Origin: Candidatus Latescibacterota bacterium
GTDB taxonomy: Bacteria; Latescibacterota; UBA2968; UBA8231
Reading direction: 5' to 3'
DNA length: 64,000 bases
Assembly: GCA_965221775.1 (NCBI GenBank)
Contig: CBDCSU010000006.1
Location: forward strand, 416,001-480,000
Under the pieces are notes generated by a model, which did not search any database, was not told where the DNA came from, and saw only the letters and a program-made list of their open reading frames with translations. This document shows positions 1 to 9,903 of this stretch, piece after piece. Position numbers and translations under genes: made by a program. How positions within the stretch are numbered: position 1 is the stretch's first letter; each line of letters starts with the position of its first letter.

Positions 1-1
1 C

Positions 2-1189
2 CTCTCCGACCGCTCCCGATGGTCCGGCGGCCGGCGGCGGCCCTACTTCCTGCCCGGGGCGGCTCTGCTGGCCGTCTCCTTCATCTGGCTCTTCAACCCC
101 CCGCCCCTCGACAACAACGGCGCGCGCTTCGCCTTCCTCCTCGTCTCCTTCATCCTCCTCAACACGGCCATGACCGTGGTCGGCGTGCCCCATGCGGCCC
201 TGGGGAGCGAGCTGAGCTTCGACCGCCACGAACGCACCCAGCTCTTCGCCTGGCGGCGGCTCTTCGGCACCGTGGGCGCCCTCGCCGGTCTGTTGCTGCC
301 GGCCCTGCTGCTGGCCCGGATCGACGATCCCGGCGACGGCGCAGCCCGCACCCGCGCCCTGGCCAGCTGGTGGCTGGCGGGTCCCATCGTCCTGGGCGCC
401 TGGGTCACTCTGCGAGCCACCCGCGGCCTGGACCGGTCCGCCGAACACGCCGGCGGGCCCCTCCGTCTCCGGCGCCTCTTCGCCGACCAGAGAAGCACCC
501 TGGCCAACCCCTACTTCCGCGTCCTGCTGCTGGCCTTCCTGGTGGCCGCCGTGGCCCGCACCTTCAACGCCTCCATCGCCCTCTACTACTACGAGTACCG
601 CCTGCAACTGACCGAGCAGGAGACGATCGCATCGATCCTGCTGCCCTTCTTCCTGAGCTTCATCGCCTCCCTGCCGCTGTGGATCCGCGCGGCTCGCCGC
701 TGGGGCAAGAGAGGGGCCGGGGTCTTCGGCGTCTGCGGCCTCGGCGCCTCCACGGCGGTCGCCTATCCGCTCTTTCCGGTGGGGGAACTGACCGCCCCCC
801 TGGTCTACGGGATCGTCGGCGGGGGACTGGCCGGGGCGGTGGTCCTGCTCGACGCGCTGGTGGCCGATACCATCGACTACGACCGGCTGCGCACCGGCCT
901 CGACCGGGAGGGGCTCTACTTCGGGGTCTGGCGCATGGGGACCAAGCTGGCCCGGGCCCTGGGGCTGGGTCTCAACGGCGTCTGCTTGTGGCTGATCGGG
1001 TTCTCGGCCGGAGGGGCGGCGCAGTCCCCGGAGATGGGCTGGCGCCTGGCCCTGCTCTTCGGCCCGGTGGTGGGGGTCCTATTCGTCGGGGCCGGGCTGA
1101 TCCTGCGGTGCATGCCGCTCACCGACGAGCGCCATCAGCGCATTCAGGGACTGTTGCGGCGGCGGCGCGAGCGCTCCCCGAAGCGGTAG
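2..1189 (+). CDS. MFS transporter, GPH (MelB-like) glycoside-pentoside-hexuronide:cation symporter family; 5'-truncated by window edge
   Basis: Frame open from position 2 ([20 protein letters not shown] loop motif); multiple TM helices; '[21 protein letters not shown]' is the GPH C-terminal motif. Confidence 0.85.
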   Translation, partial: LSDRSRWSGGRRRPYFLPGAALLAVSFIWLFNPPPLDNNGARFAFLLVSFILLNTAMTVVGVPHAALGSELSFDRHERTQLFAWRRLFGTVGALAGLLLPALLLARIDDPGDGAARTRALASWWLAGPIVLGAWVTLRATRGLDRSAEHAGGPLRLRRLFADQRSTLANPYFRVLLLAFLVAAVARTFNASIALYYYEYRLQLTEQETIASILLPFFLSFIASLPLWIRAARRWGKRGAGVFGVCGLGASTAVAYPLFPVGELTAPLVYGIVGGGLAGAVVLLDALVADTIDYDRLRTGLDREGLYFGVWRMGTKLARALGLGLNGVCLWLIGFSAGGAAQSPEMGWRLALLFGPVVGVLFVGAGLILRCMPLTDERHQRIQGLLRRRRERSPKR

Positions 1190-2196
1190 TGGGAGACCCA
1201 CCACTCCTGCCCGCCCCGGTAGCCCCACAGCTCGGCGCAGGCCATGAAGAACATGCGCCAGCGCTGCAGCCAGCGCCCCTTGTGGGCCGCTCCGTAGCGG
1301 CTCTCCAGGATGGCGAGGACCTCGGGGCGCCGGGCGTCGAGATTGGCGAGCCAGTCCTCGGCGGTGCGGGCGTAGTGGCGGCCGTCGACCCGCCATTGCT
1401 CCTCCATCACAAGGTCGTCCTGGAAGTGGAGGAGCAGATCGTCGGAGGGCATCATGCCGCCGGTGAAGAAGTGGCGGCCCATCCAGTTGCTCTCTCCCTC
1501 GGACTCGAAGCCGTAGGCGTAGCGGCGGTGGACGAAGACGTGGATGAAGAGGGAGCCGCCCGGCTCCAGCCAGCCGGCGATGCGCCGCAGCAGCTCGCGG
1601 TAGTTGCGCATGTGCTCGAACATCTCCACCGAGACCACCCGGTCGTAGCGTCCCGGCGCCGCGAAGCGGTTCATGTCCTCGGTGATCACCTCGACGTTGC
1701 CCAGCGCCAGATCCCGGCAGCGCTCCTCGATGAAGCCGCGCTGCAAGGCCGAGTTGGAGACGGCGGTGATGCGGCTGCCGGGATACTGCTGCGCCATCCA
1801 CAGGGTCAGGGAACCCCAGCCGCAGCCCAGCTCCAGCACCTGCTGGCCGTCGTGCAGATCGGCGCGCCGGCCGGTGAGGTCGAGCATCGCCTCCTCGGCC
1901 TCGTCGAGAGTGGCCGCCGCCGACGGGTAGTAGCAGCCGCTGTACTTGAGGCGGCGGCCCAGGACCAGCCGGAAGAACTCCGGCGGCAGCTCGTAGTGCT
2001 GCTCGTTGGGGAGTTGCGTCTGCAGGGCGATGGGGGCGCGGTCCATGGACGCGATGAAGCGGCTCCTGGCCTCCTGCTCCGCCTCGCAGTGGAGACCCCG
2101 CTCCCGGCGCAGGCGCCGGCGGTGCAACCGGCGGATGCCCCGGCGGATCAGGGCGTCGGGCAGCAGGCCCCGCTCCGCCCAGTCGACGGGGTTCAC
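1144..2196 (-). CDS. SAM-dependent methyltransferase, cyclopropane synthase/coclaurine N-methyltransferase-like (possible FufM-type lipid methylase)
   Basis: GTG start at 2196 overlaps upstream stop (GTGA); [29 protein letters not shown] motifs. Confidence 0.85.
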   Translation of the reverse strand: MNPVDWAERGLLPDALIRRGIRRLHRRRLRRERGLHCEAEQEARSRFIASMDRAPIALQTQLPNEQHYELPPEFFRLVLGRRLKYSGCYYPSAAATLDEAEEAMLDLTGRRADLHDGQQVLELGCGWGSLTLWMAQQYPGSRITAVSNSALQRGFIEERCRDLALGNVEVITEDMNRFAAPGRYDRVVSVEMFEHMRNYRELLRRIAGWLEPGGSLFIHVFVHRRYAYGFESEGESNWMGRHFFTGGMMPSDDLLLHFQDDLVMEEQWRVDGRHYARTAEDWLANLDARRPEVLAILESRYGAAHKGRWLQRWRMFFMACAELWGYRGGQEWWVSHYRFGERSRRRRNSP

Positions 2197-2981
2197 GGCT
2201 GCCGCCGCCGGGGGAACCACGGGACGAAGGGACGGGTGGCGCGCTGGTAGCGGCGGTAGTCCTCGCCGCGGCTGAGCAGGGCCCGCTTCTCGGTGTAGGG
2301 GATGCCGGTGACGCGGTAGAGCAGGAACAGCATCAGCGCCGGGCCGACCCAGGCCAGCCACGCCACCGGGGACCCCGCCGCCATGGCCGCGTAGGCCCAC
2401 CAGTGGACCCACTCGAAGAAGTAGTTGGGATGGCGCGAGTAGCGCCACAGGCCGCGGTCGCAGGTGCGCCCCCGGTTGGCGGGCTGCCCGCGGAAGGCCG
2501 CCAGCTGCCGGTCGGCCGTCCACTCGCCGGCCACCGCCGCCACCCAGACCAGCAGAGCGGCCCCGTCCCAGGCGGTCCAGCCCGCATCCGCCTTGGCGGC
2601 CACGGCGATGAAGGGCAGTCCGAAGAGGACCACCAGCACGGCCTGGGCCTGGAACAGCCAGAAGAAGCGGGCCTGGGCCCTGTCGCCCCATTGAGAGCGC
2701 AGCATCTGGTAGCGGCCGTCCTCCTCGCTGGCGCGGAGGATCCGGTCGACGAGCAGGTAGGCGGCCAGGCGGAAGGACCACGCCGCCCCCATGAGGCCCA
2801 CCAGGAGCCGCCGCGGCCCCCAGCCGTCGCCGCAGATGGCGGCGGCCACCGCCACCAGCCCGATGCCGGCGGCCCAGCCCACGTCGACGACGCCGGCGTC
2901 CCCCCGGCGCCGCTGCCACCCGTAGAGGGCGGCCATGGCGGTCACCGCCGCCGCCAGGCTCGAGGCCAGCAGGACGAGCAC
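2193..2981 (-). CDS. DUF1295 / steroid 5-alpha-reductase-like membrane protein
   Basis: [41 protein letters not shown] motifs; GTG at 2981 just after cfa stop. Confidence 0.85.
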   Translation of the reverse strand: MLVLLASSLAAAVTAMAALYGWQRRRGDAGVVDVGWAAGIGLVAVAAAICGDGWGPRRLLVGLMGAAWSFRLAAYLLVDRILRASEEDGRYQMLRSQWGDRAQARFFWLFQAQAVLVVLFGLPFIAVAAKADAGWTAWDGAALLVWVAAVAGEWTADRQLAAFRGQPANRGRTCDRGLWRYSRHPNYFFEWVHWWAYAAMAAGSPVAWLAWVGPALMLFLLYRVTGIPYTEKRALLSRGEDYRRYQRATRPFVPWFPRRRQP

Positions 2982-2983
2982 CG

Positions 2984-4261
2984 TCAGCCGCCCCCTTCCA
3001 GCCGCTCCGCCGGGCGGCGGTGGCCCGGGCGGGCCAGGAGCATCTGCACGTCCGAGATGTGGCCCTCCTCGAAACCGCCGATGCAGTACGAGAGGTAGAA
3101 GTCCCACATGCGGATGAACTCGTCGCCGAAGCCCAGTTGCCGCACCCGCTCCTCGGCGCCGTGGAAGCGCGACCGCCAGGCCCGGAGGGTGCGGGCGTAG
3201 TGGGGGCCGATGTCCTCCAGGTGCACCAGGCGCATGTCCGTGGCCGCCGCCAGCGAGTTGCCGATGACCGCCACCGACGGGATGCAGCTGCCCGGGAAGA
3301 TGAAGGCCTTGATGAAGTCGACGGAGCGGCGCGCCCGCTCGTAGGCCCGGTCGGCGATGACGATCGCCTGCAGCAGCATCAGGCCCTCCGGCTTGAGCAG
3401 GCGCGAGCAGCAGCCGAAGTAGGTGTCGAAGTAGTGGTGGCCCACGCCTTCGATCATCTCTATGGAGACCAGCTTGTCGTACGGCCCGCGCAGGTCCCGG
3501 TAGTCGGAGAGGACCACCTCCACCCGCTCCTCGAGGCCGGCCTGCCGCACCCGCTGGCTCGCCAGCTCCTGCTGCTGCCTGGAGATCGTCGCCGTCGTCA
3601 CCCGGCAGCCGTACTCGCGCGCCGCGTGCAGGGCGAAACCGCCCCACCCGGTGCCGATCTCCAGCAGGTGGTCCTCCGGCCCCAGGGCGAGCTTCCTGCA
3701 GATGCGGTCCAGCTTGTGGCGGGAGGCCTCCTCGAGGGAGCTGTCCGGGCGCGGGAAGATGGCGCAGGAGTACATCATCTCCTCGTCGAGGAAGAGGCGG
3801 AAGAAGTCGTTGCCGAGGTCGTAGTGGGCGGCGATGTTGCGGCGGCTTCCCCGGAGGGTGTTGCGCCGGAGGGCGTGCCCCAACCTCCGGGCGGGGGCGG
3901 CCAGCCGCGCCCAGCCGCGCTCGTTCCGGTGCATCGACTCGATGTTGGCCGCCGCCAGCCGGCACAGGGCCGGCAGATCGCCGCAGCTCCACCACCCTTG
4001 CATGTAGGCTTCGGCGGCGCCGAGGCTCCCCCCGAGGGCCAGGGCCCGGTAGAACCGCGGGTCGTGGACGTGGACGACCACCTCCAGGCCCTCCTCTCCG
4101 CGGCCGAGGGTGCGGCGGTCCTCGCCTTCGACAAGGTGGACGGCGCCGCGCCGCAGTCGCCCCAGCTGCCCCGTGACCACCCGCCTCGCCCAGCGGTCGC
4201 CCCAGGAGTCCCGGCGGGGAGCCCGGCTCTCAGTTGCGTCCGGGAGGTCCCGTCGAGACAT
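2984..4261 (-). CDS. cfa: Cyclopropane-fatty-acyl-phospholipid synthase family methyltransferase (UfaM-like)
   Basis: [49 protein letters not shown] motifs. Confidence 0.92.
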   Translation of the reverse strand: MSRRDLPDATESRAPRRDSWGDRWARRVVTGQLGRLRRGAVHLVEGEDRRTLGRGEEGLEVVVHVHDPRFYRALALGGSLGAAEAYMQGWWSCGDLPALCRLAAANIESMHRNERGWARLAAPARRLGHALRRNTLRGSRRNIAAHYDLGNDFFRLFLDEEMMYSCAIFPRPDSSLEEASRHKLDRICRKLALGPEDHLLEIGTGWGGFALHAAREYGCRVTTATISRQQQELASQRVRQAGLEERVEVVLSDYRDLRGPYDKLVSIEMIEGVGHHYFDTYFGCCSRLLKPEGLMLLQAIVIADRAYERARRSVDFIKAFIFPGSCIPSVAVIGNSLAAATDMRLVHLEDIGPHYARTLRAWRSRFHGAEERVRQLGFGDEFIRMWDFYLSYCIGGFEEGHISDVQMLLARPGHRRPAERLEGGG

Positions 4262-5033
4262 GGTCTTCTTCCTTGGCCGACCCCTCGGGATGGGGGTGGA
4301 CCGGACAGCCCTTGAGCCACAGCCGGAGGGCCTGCCAGTGGATGGCGCCGATGACCTTGGCCGTGAGCAGCGGATACAGCGCCAGGACCCGCGCCAGCGC
4401 CGCGGCGCTCAGCTCCCGCCGGCGCAGCAGCAGGGTGGCGTCGAAGAGGTGGCTGCCGTCCTGCCGGTTGTCCATGTGCACGGCCAGCGTGCGTCCCGGC
4501 GTGGTGAAGCGCCAGGTGTAGTCCTGGCGCATGGCCATGAAGGGGGAGACGTGGAAAGCCTTCGAGAACTGGTAGCGCTTGCTCGCTCCCCGCCCGCGGT
4601 CGAGCCCCTCGTGGAGGACGTAGCAGTGGCGCTCGCCCCAGGGGGTGTTGTTCACCTCGCCCACCACGGTCTCGAGGCGCTCACCGGAGCGGTCGAAGCA
4701 GTAGAAGAAACTCACCGGGTTGAAGCAGTAGCCGCCGTAGCGCAGGTGGGTGAGCAGGCGGATCGGACCGTCGGGAGGGCGTTCGCTCTCCGCCTCGACC
4801 AGCTGCCGCACGCAGTCGTCCAGGGGCTGCCGGGGCTCGCCGAAGTGGTCGGCGCGGCGGAAGGAGGCGACGTTGGGGCGCTCCCACGACCACAGCCAGC
4901 GTCCTCGGAAGAGGTCGGGCAGCTCCGCCAGATCGAGGTACATCATGAAGAGACGGTACTCGAAAGCGTGGGCCACCGGCGCGGACCGGCGATGGCGCAC
5001 GCGGCCCTCGTATATGCAGCTGTGCCGGCTCAC
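4230..5033 (-). CDS. DUF1365 family protein (UfaO-like)
   Basis: YEGRVRHRR..PVAHAF, FNPVSFFYC, EVNNTPWGERH, KAFHVSPF, IHWQALRLWLKG; GTG start coupled to upstream stop. Confidence 0.9.
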   Translation of the reverse strand: MSRHSCIYEGRVRHRRSAPVAHAFEYRLFMMYLDLAELPDLFRGRWLWSWERPNVASFRRADHFGEPRQPLDDCVRQLVEAESERPPDGPIRLLTHLRYGGYCFNPVSFFYCFDRSGERLETVVGEVNNTPWGERHCYVLHEGLDRGRGASKRYQFSKAFHVSPFMAMRQDYTWRFTTPGRTLAVHMDNRQDGSHLFDATLLLRRRELSAAALARVLALYPLLTAKVIGAIHWQALRLWLKGCPVHPHPEGSAKEEDHVSTGPPGRN

Positions 5034-6292
5034 AGCGTCCGGCCGAAACGCCGCGCCACTTCGAGGGCGCTGACCACGCCGTCCTCGTGGAAGCCGAAAC
5101 CCCAGTAGGCCCCGCAGTAGTGGATGCGGTCGGTCCCGTCGATCCGCGGCCTGTGCTTCTTCGCCGCCACCGAGGCCGGCGAGCAGACCGGGTGATGGTA
5201 GGTCATGCGCGCCAGGACCCGCTCCGGGGCGATCTCGGCGGTGCGGTTGAGGCTGACGCAGAAGGGCCGCCGGCTCTCCAGGCCCTGGAGCCGGTTCATG
5301 TTGTAGGTGACGGTGGCGGGGCTCCCCTTGTCGGGCGGGATGTGGTAGTTCCAGCTGGCCCAGGCGCGCCGGCGCCGCGGCAGCACCGTGGCGTCGGTGT
5401 GCAGCACCACGTCGTTGGCCTGGTACGGCATCGCCCCCAGGACCTGGCGCTCGGCGGGGGTGGGCTCGGCCAGCAGCCGCAGGGCCTGGTCGCTGTGCAC
5501 GGCGAGGACGACCTCGTCGAAGCGCTCGGCCGCTCCGCCCCGGGTGCGCACTTCCACCCCCTGGCGCAGACGCCGCACCGAGGACACCGGACAGTCGAGG
5601 CGGATGCGCTCCCGGAAGGGGCGGACGAGGGCCTCCACGTAGCGCCGCGAGCCTCCCTCGATCACTCGCCAGGGAGTCCGCCCGCGCAACTGCAGGAAAC
5701 CGTGCCTGGCGAGGAACTGGACGAGGTAGCGCGCCGGGAACTCGTACATGCGGTCGGGCGGCATCGACCACAGGGCCGACCCCAGGGGGACGATGTGGTG
5801 CTCGACGAAGGCCCTGGAATAGGCGTGGTCGTCCAGGTACGCCCCCAGGGTGGTCAGGTCACCGGGATCGCGCAGGAGGTCCGCCGCGGACCGGTTGAAG
5901 CGGTGGATGTCGGCGAGCATGCGATGGAAGGAGGGCCGCAGCAGATTGCGGCGCTGGGCGAAGAGGCGGCCCGGGGGCGTGCTGGCGTATTCCAGGCCGG
6001 TGCGGGCGCACTTGACGCTGAAGCTCATCTCCGTCGGCCGGGACGCCACCCCGAGGCGGCGCAGGAGGCGGCAGAACCACGGGTAGTTGGGCTCGTTGAA
6101 GACGATGAAGCCCGTGTCCACGGAGAACGGACGGCCTTCCTGCTCGACCTCCAGGGTGTGGACGTGGCCGCCGATGTAGTCGTCGGCCTCGAAGAGCGTG
6201 ACATCGTGCTCGGGGTGCAGCAGGTAGGACGCCACCAGGCCGGAGACGCCGCTGCCCACCACCGCGATGCGCCGTCCCCGGGCAGGTTCCAT
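5030..6292 (-). CDS. FAD-dependent oxidoreductase COG2907 (amine oxidase-like; UfaD-like desaturase)
   Basis: GSGVSG FAD motif, GGH, VDTGFIVFN, WASWNY, TYNMNRLQ, GAYWGFGFHEDG. Confidence 0.9.
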   Translation of the reverse strand: MEPARGRRIAVVGSGVSGLVASYLLHPEHDVTLFEADDYIGGHVHTLEVEQEGRPFSVDTGFIVFNEPNYPWFCRLLRRLGVASRPTEMSFSVKCARTGLEYASTPPGRLFAQRRNLLRPSFHRMLADIHRFNRSAADLLRDPGDLTTLGAYLDDHAYSRAFVEHHIVPLGSALWSMPPDRMYEFPARYLVQFLARHGFLQLRGRTPWRVIEGGSRRYVEALVRPFRERIRLDCPVSSVRRLRQGVEVRTRGGAAERFDEVVLAVHSDQALRLLAEPTPAERQVLGAMPYQANDVVLHTDATVLPRRRRAWASWNYHIPPDKGSPATVTYNMNRLQGLESRRPFCVSLNRTAEIAPERVLARMTYHHPVCSPASVAAKKHRPRIDGTDRIHYCGAYWGFGFHEDGVVSALEVARRFGRTL

Positions 6293-6307
6293 CGTCGGCC
6301 GGCGCTT

Positions 6308-7252
6308 TCAGCCCTCGACCGGCGCGGTCTCCCGGCGCAGCAGGCGCAGGGAGTCGCGCAGGTCGTCCAGGGTGGCCGGGGTGAGAGCGCCGGCGCGCTC
6401 GAGAAAGGGCGCGTACTGCGGGGCGGCCCGGCCGCCGGCCAGCAGGGCGACCTCGTCGCCGAGCAGACCGCGCAGCCGGACGAGCTCGGCGCCGAGATGG
6501 GGGTCGTCGCCCGGATAGACGATGCTGAGGAGGACGGCCCGGGCCCCCGTGGCGGCCGCGGCGCCGGCGATCTCCTCGGCCGGCAGATCGGGTCCCAGGT
6601 AGGTCGAGTTCCACCCCTCGGAGGTGGCCGCGAGGGAGGCGATCAGGGCCCCCAGCTCGTGCATCTGCCCCGCCGGCGTGGTCGCCACGACCCGGGGCGC
6701 CGCCCCGTTTCCGGCCCGGCCCGGGCGCAGGCCGGCGATGAAGCCGCGCACCACCGCCGTGGCCATGTGCTCGGCCGCCACCCGCAGGGCGCCTTCCTGC
6801 CACATCCGGCCGATGCGCTCCATCAGCGGCTGCACCACCTCTTCGAGAAGGGCCCGCTGGCTCAGGGCCACGGAGGCGCGGGCCAAGTGGTCCTGCAGGG
6901 ACTCCGCATCGAGGTCCCGCACGGCGGCCAGGGATCCTTCGAGGAACTCGCCGCCGCGGCCGTCCCCCGCGGTCGGCCCCGGGGCCGACGGTGCGGCCTC
7001 CCGCCCGGCGCCGGCCAGCTTCACCAGCTGGTCCGTGGGCAGGCGGGCGATGCGGCCGATGCTCTGGCCGGCCTGCACCGCCCGCTGCAACCACTGCAGG
7101 CGGGCGATGTCGTCGTCCGAATAGAGCCGTCGGTTGGTCTCGGTCCGGGCCGGCGCCACGGCCCCGTAGCGCTTCTCCCAGACACGGATCACGTGGGCCG
7201 ACAGCCCGGTCCGCCGAACGGCCACCTTGATGGGGTGTCCCGGGGGTTCCAT
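6308..7252 (-). CDS. carH: MerR-family regulator with B12-binding domain (CarH/LitR-type photoreceptor repressor)
   Basis: MerR HTH (IRVWEKRYG..P.RTETNRRLYS); W-x9-EH (WQEGALRVAAEH); HELG and YLGPDLP B12-binding motifs. Confidence 0.85.
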   Translation of the reverse strand: MEPPGHPIKVAVRRTGLSAHVIRVWEKRYGAVAPARTETNRRLYSDDDIARLQWLQRAVQAGQSIGRIARLPTDQLVKLAGAGREAAPSAPGPTAGDGRGGEFLEGSLAAVRDLDAESLQDHLARASVALSQRALLEEVVQPLMERIGRMWQEGALRVAAEHMATAVVRGFIAGLRPGRAGNGAAPRVVATTPAGQMHELGALIASLAATSEGWNSTYLGPDLPAEEIAGAAAATGARAVLLSIVYPGDDPHLGAELVRLRGLLGDEVALLAGGRAAPQYAPFLERAGALTPATLDDLRDSLRLLRRETAPVEG

Positions 7253-7269
7253 GCCCGGAATATGGCGAC

Positions 7270-7312
7270 TGTCTATGATTTGTCAACATTATAAGTCGAC
7301 ATGCCATAGACA
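7270..7312. promoter_or_regulatory. Putative CarH operator overlapping promoter
   Basis: Imperfect palindrome TGTCTATG-ATT-TGTCAAC-ATTATAA-GTCGACA-TGC-CATAGACA; TnnACA hexamers at 11-bp spacing on both strands; perfect TATAAT on minus strand at 7288-7293; AT-rich island in GC-rich DNA. Confidence 0.75.
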
Positions 7313-7431
7313 AATCAGAGTCCCGAGCAGGGCGCAGACGTGAGCGCGGATGCGAGTGCGGGCGCTGTTCCTCGAGCCTGCGCAGGATGCCGGGCCGCCT
7401 TCGCCCGGCCTGGTGTGCCAGCTCCTCCCTG

Positions 7432-9633
7432 TCACGGGTCTCCCGTTCGAGGCAGCCGGCCGGCCAGGAGGTACCGGTAGAGCTCGAGGGCCAGCCCCTC
7501 GTCGTCCCTCTCCAGCCGGCCCAGGGCTTCCGGCGTCAGCGCCGCCGTCCGGCAGGGTCCGTCGGCCACCACGGAGGCCGGTCTTCCCTTCCCCCCGTCG
7601 GCCGGCCAGATCGCATCGCCGGGGCCCAGCTGGTGGAGGCGGGCGCCCGTGGAATCGCCGGCGGAGGCGCGGCCGGACAGCAGCAGTTGCAGCCCGGCCT
7701 GCGGCGCATCCGGCCCCGACATCGCTTCGCCTGCGGAGTACCGGCGAGGACCGAGCCACGGCTGCAGATCCGCCACCAGGCTCTCGAAGTCGATCTGCCG
7801 GTCGAGGTAGCTCTCGAGGTCGGCGGCGGTCTCCTCCAGCAGTGAGGAGCGCCGCTCGCCCTCCCCGTCGTCCGCCGTCCAGGCCTCGATGATGATCTCC
7901 TCGCAGCGCTCGAGGGCCCGGTCCGCGTCCGGCTCCAGCCGCAACCGGGCGTACTCGGCAGGCGGCAGGTTTCGCTCGAGACCGTCCCTCAGACCCTCCG
8001 GCACGGAGCCCAGGACCACCCGCACCCCGGCGGCGTTCGCCGTCTGCAAAAACCGCGAGATGACGCTCACCGCCGAGAAGTCGAAGCCGGAGACGGCGCC
8101 GAAGTCGAGCATCAGGCAGGCCGGAGGCGAAGAGCCGCGCAGCGACTGCCGGAGATGCCCGGCCAGGGGAGAGACGCTGCCGAAGAACAGGTAGCCGCGC
8201 AGGCGGTAGGCGTGGACCCGCCCCCCCTCCTCCCGGAGGATGGCTCGGTCGGGTACGGAGCGGGCCCGGTTGCTTTGCCGGTCCCGGGCGCTGAAGCGCT
8301 CCTGGATCGGGTCGACGCGGCTGAGGCGCACGGCGAAGAACACGAGGGTGGCGAGGATCCCGACGCCCACGCCTGGGATCAGCCCGAAGGAGGTGATGGT
8401 GACGAAGATCAGGAGGATGATGCCGTACTCCGGCCAGGGGAGCCGCCGCAGGCTCTTCAGGAGGCCCTCGTCGAGCATGCCGAGGCCGGCGAAGACCAGG
8501 ATGCCGCCCACGAGCGGAGCCGGCACGAGTTCCAGCATGCCGTCGCCCAGGACCACGCCGCTGCCGATGACGAGGGCGGCGACCACGCCGGTGAGGCGCG
8601 TGGTGGCTCCGAAGAGCTTGCTGCGCAGGGACGCCGGCACCACCAGGGTCGCCACCGTGCCGCCGCCCAGACCGGCGGCCAGGCTCGCCGCCCCCGTGAC
8701 CTTGAACTCCCGGTCCCAGTCCAGCTCCTGGTTCGCCGCCAGCTCGAGGCCGGCGAGATTCATGACGACGCAGATGAAGGCGACGGCGGCCAGCGTCAGC
8801 ATGTGGGGGTACAGGGCGCCCATGGCGGTCCACTCCACCCGGGCCAGGTCGGCGGGACCCACCGACGGCCACAGGTTCCCCTCCGTCGTGCTCGTCAGCA
8901 GCAGACCCGAGGCCCGGGCCTCGGCGGCCGGGATGCCGAGCTGGGCCAGGGCGAGGTGGCAGGCCCCCACGGCGAGGACGACGCTCACGGGCAGGATCAG
9001 CGGGTTGCCCCAGCATCTGATCGCCAGGTAGAGGCCGATCCCGTACGCCGCGCCCGAGCCCCACTTCCACAGCACCGAGGGCTCCAGGAGGGCGGGAATC
9101 GTCCGCCAGCCGGGTTCCGCGCCCATGAGCGACAGGGCCGCCAGGCACACGGCGGCCCCGATGCCGGAGACGAACCCGGCCGCCACCGGATAGGGGATGA
9201 AGCGCAGCAGGTTGGCCAGCCGGAAGCGGCCGATCATCAGACAGCCCAGGCCGGTGGCCACGGCGCTGATCATCAGGGCCGCCGCCGTGGTGACGAAGAG
9301 CGCCTCGCCCTCGGCCTCCATGGTGAATCCGATGGCGGCCATGACGATCACCAGCGCCGGGGAGAGCCCCGCGATCGCCCCGCGGAAGCCGCCCGCCAGA
9401 GCGAAGACCAGGCACGCCGCGAAGTTCCCGAACAGGATCAGCCCGATGCCTTGGGAGGAGTAGGGGGCCAGCGGCCCCGAGAAGATGAGGCTCCCGAAGG
9501 CGATCTGGGAGACCAGCAGGCCGAGACCCGAGGTGAGTCCGGCCGACACCGCCGGGAGGACCTTCGCGGAGGGGATCCCGGCGCCGAGGCGGGAGGTGAG
9601 ATCCCGCAGATTTGGGGTTCGAATGCCTGTCAT
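7432..9633 (-). CDS. SulP-family anion transporter with STAS and cNMP-binding-like domains
   Basis: LLRFIPYPVAAGF SulP motif, many TMs, LRGYLFFGS STAS entry, C-terminal cNMP-like domain; start uncertain (9633 or 9708). Confidence 0.85.
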   Translation of the reverse strand: MTGIRTPNLRDLTSRLGAGIPSAKVLPAVSAGLTSGLGLLVSQIAFGSLIFSGPLAPYSSQGIGLILFGNFAACLVFALAGGFRGAIAGLSPALVIVMAAIGFTMEAEGEALFVTTAAALMISAVATGLGCLMIGRFRLANLLRFIPYPVAAGFVSGIGAAVCLAALSLMGAEPGWRTIPALLEPSVLWKWGSGAAYGIGLYLAIRCWGNPLILPVSVVLAVGACHLALAQLGIPAAEARASGLLLTSTTEGNLWPSVGPADLARVEWTAMGALYPHMLTLAAVAFICVVMNLAGLELAANQELDWDREFKVTGAASLAAGLGGGTVATLVVPASLRSKLFGATTRLTGVVAALVIGSGVVLGDGMLELVPAPLVGGILVFAGLGMLDEGLLKSLRRLPWPEYGIILLIFVTITSFGLIPGVGVGILATLVFFAVRLSRVDPIQERFSARDRQSNRARSVPDRAILREEGGRVHAYRLRGYLFFGSVSPLAGHLRQSLRGSSPPACLMLDFGAVSGFDFSAVSVISRFLQTANAAGVRVVLGSVPEGLRDGLERNLPPAEYARLRLEPDADRALERCEEIIIEAWTADDGEGERRSSLLEETAADLESYLDRQIDFESLVADLQPWLGPRRYSAGEAMSGPDAPQAGLQLLLSGRASAGDSTGARLHQLGPGDAIWPADGGKGRPASVVADGPCRTAALTPEALGRLERDDEGLALELYRYLLAGRLPRTGDP

Positions 9634-9720
9634 GCTGTGCAGCTGCGGCATGCTCGGCGGTGCACCCCGGCCACGGCATCCGGTGGAGAGCCGCCTCAAG
9701 GGCGGCACATGGCGGGGTGG

Positions 9721-9890
9721 GCGCCGGAGGGTCAGCTACTTCTGCGACGCATCCGTGCTCACCCCGGCCCCTCGGCGCGCCGACCCTGATCTTCGGGCCG
9801 GGCGACGAGGGCTGGCGCACCAGGTGGACGAGCACACGACCCTGGGCGCGGTGGCGGACGCGGCGGTTCTACACCGGGCTGGCGCTGGCG
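9721..9890 (+). pseudogene. 3' remnant of M20 (ArgE/DapE-like) peptidase with several frameshifts
   Basis: Joining frames gives VSYFCDASVLTPA/LGAPTLIFGPGDE/LAHQVDEHTTLGAVADA/RFYTGLALA, the classic M20 C-terminus (GPG..AH..DE). Confidence 0.7.
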
Positions 9891-9903
9891 CCCGGGCCGG
9901 CGG

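Noticed and set aside
7313-7431. Possible divergent CarH-target gene start on plus strand
   Set aside because: Translations show no recognisable motif and run antisense into the SulP gene.
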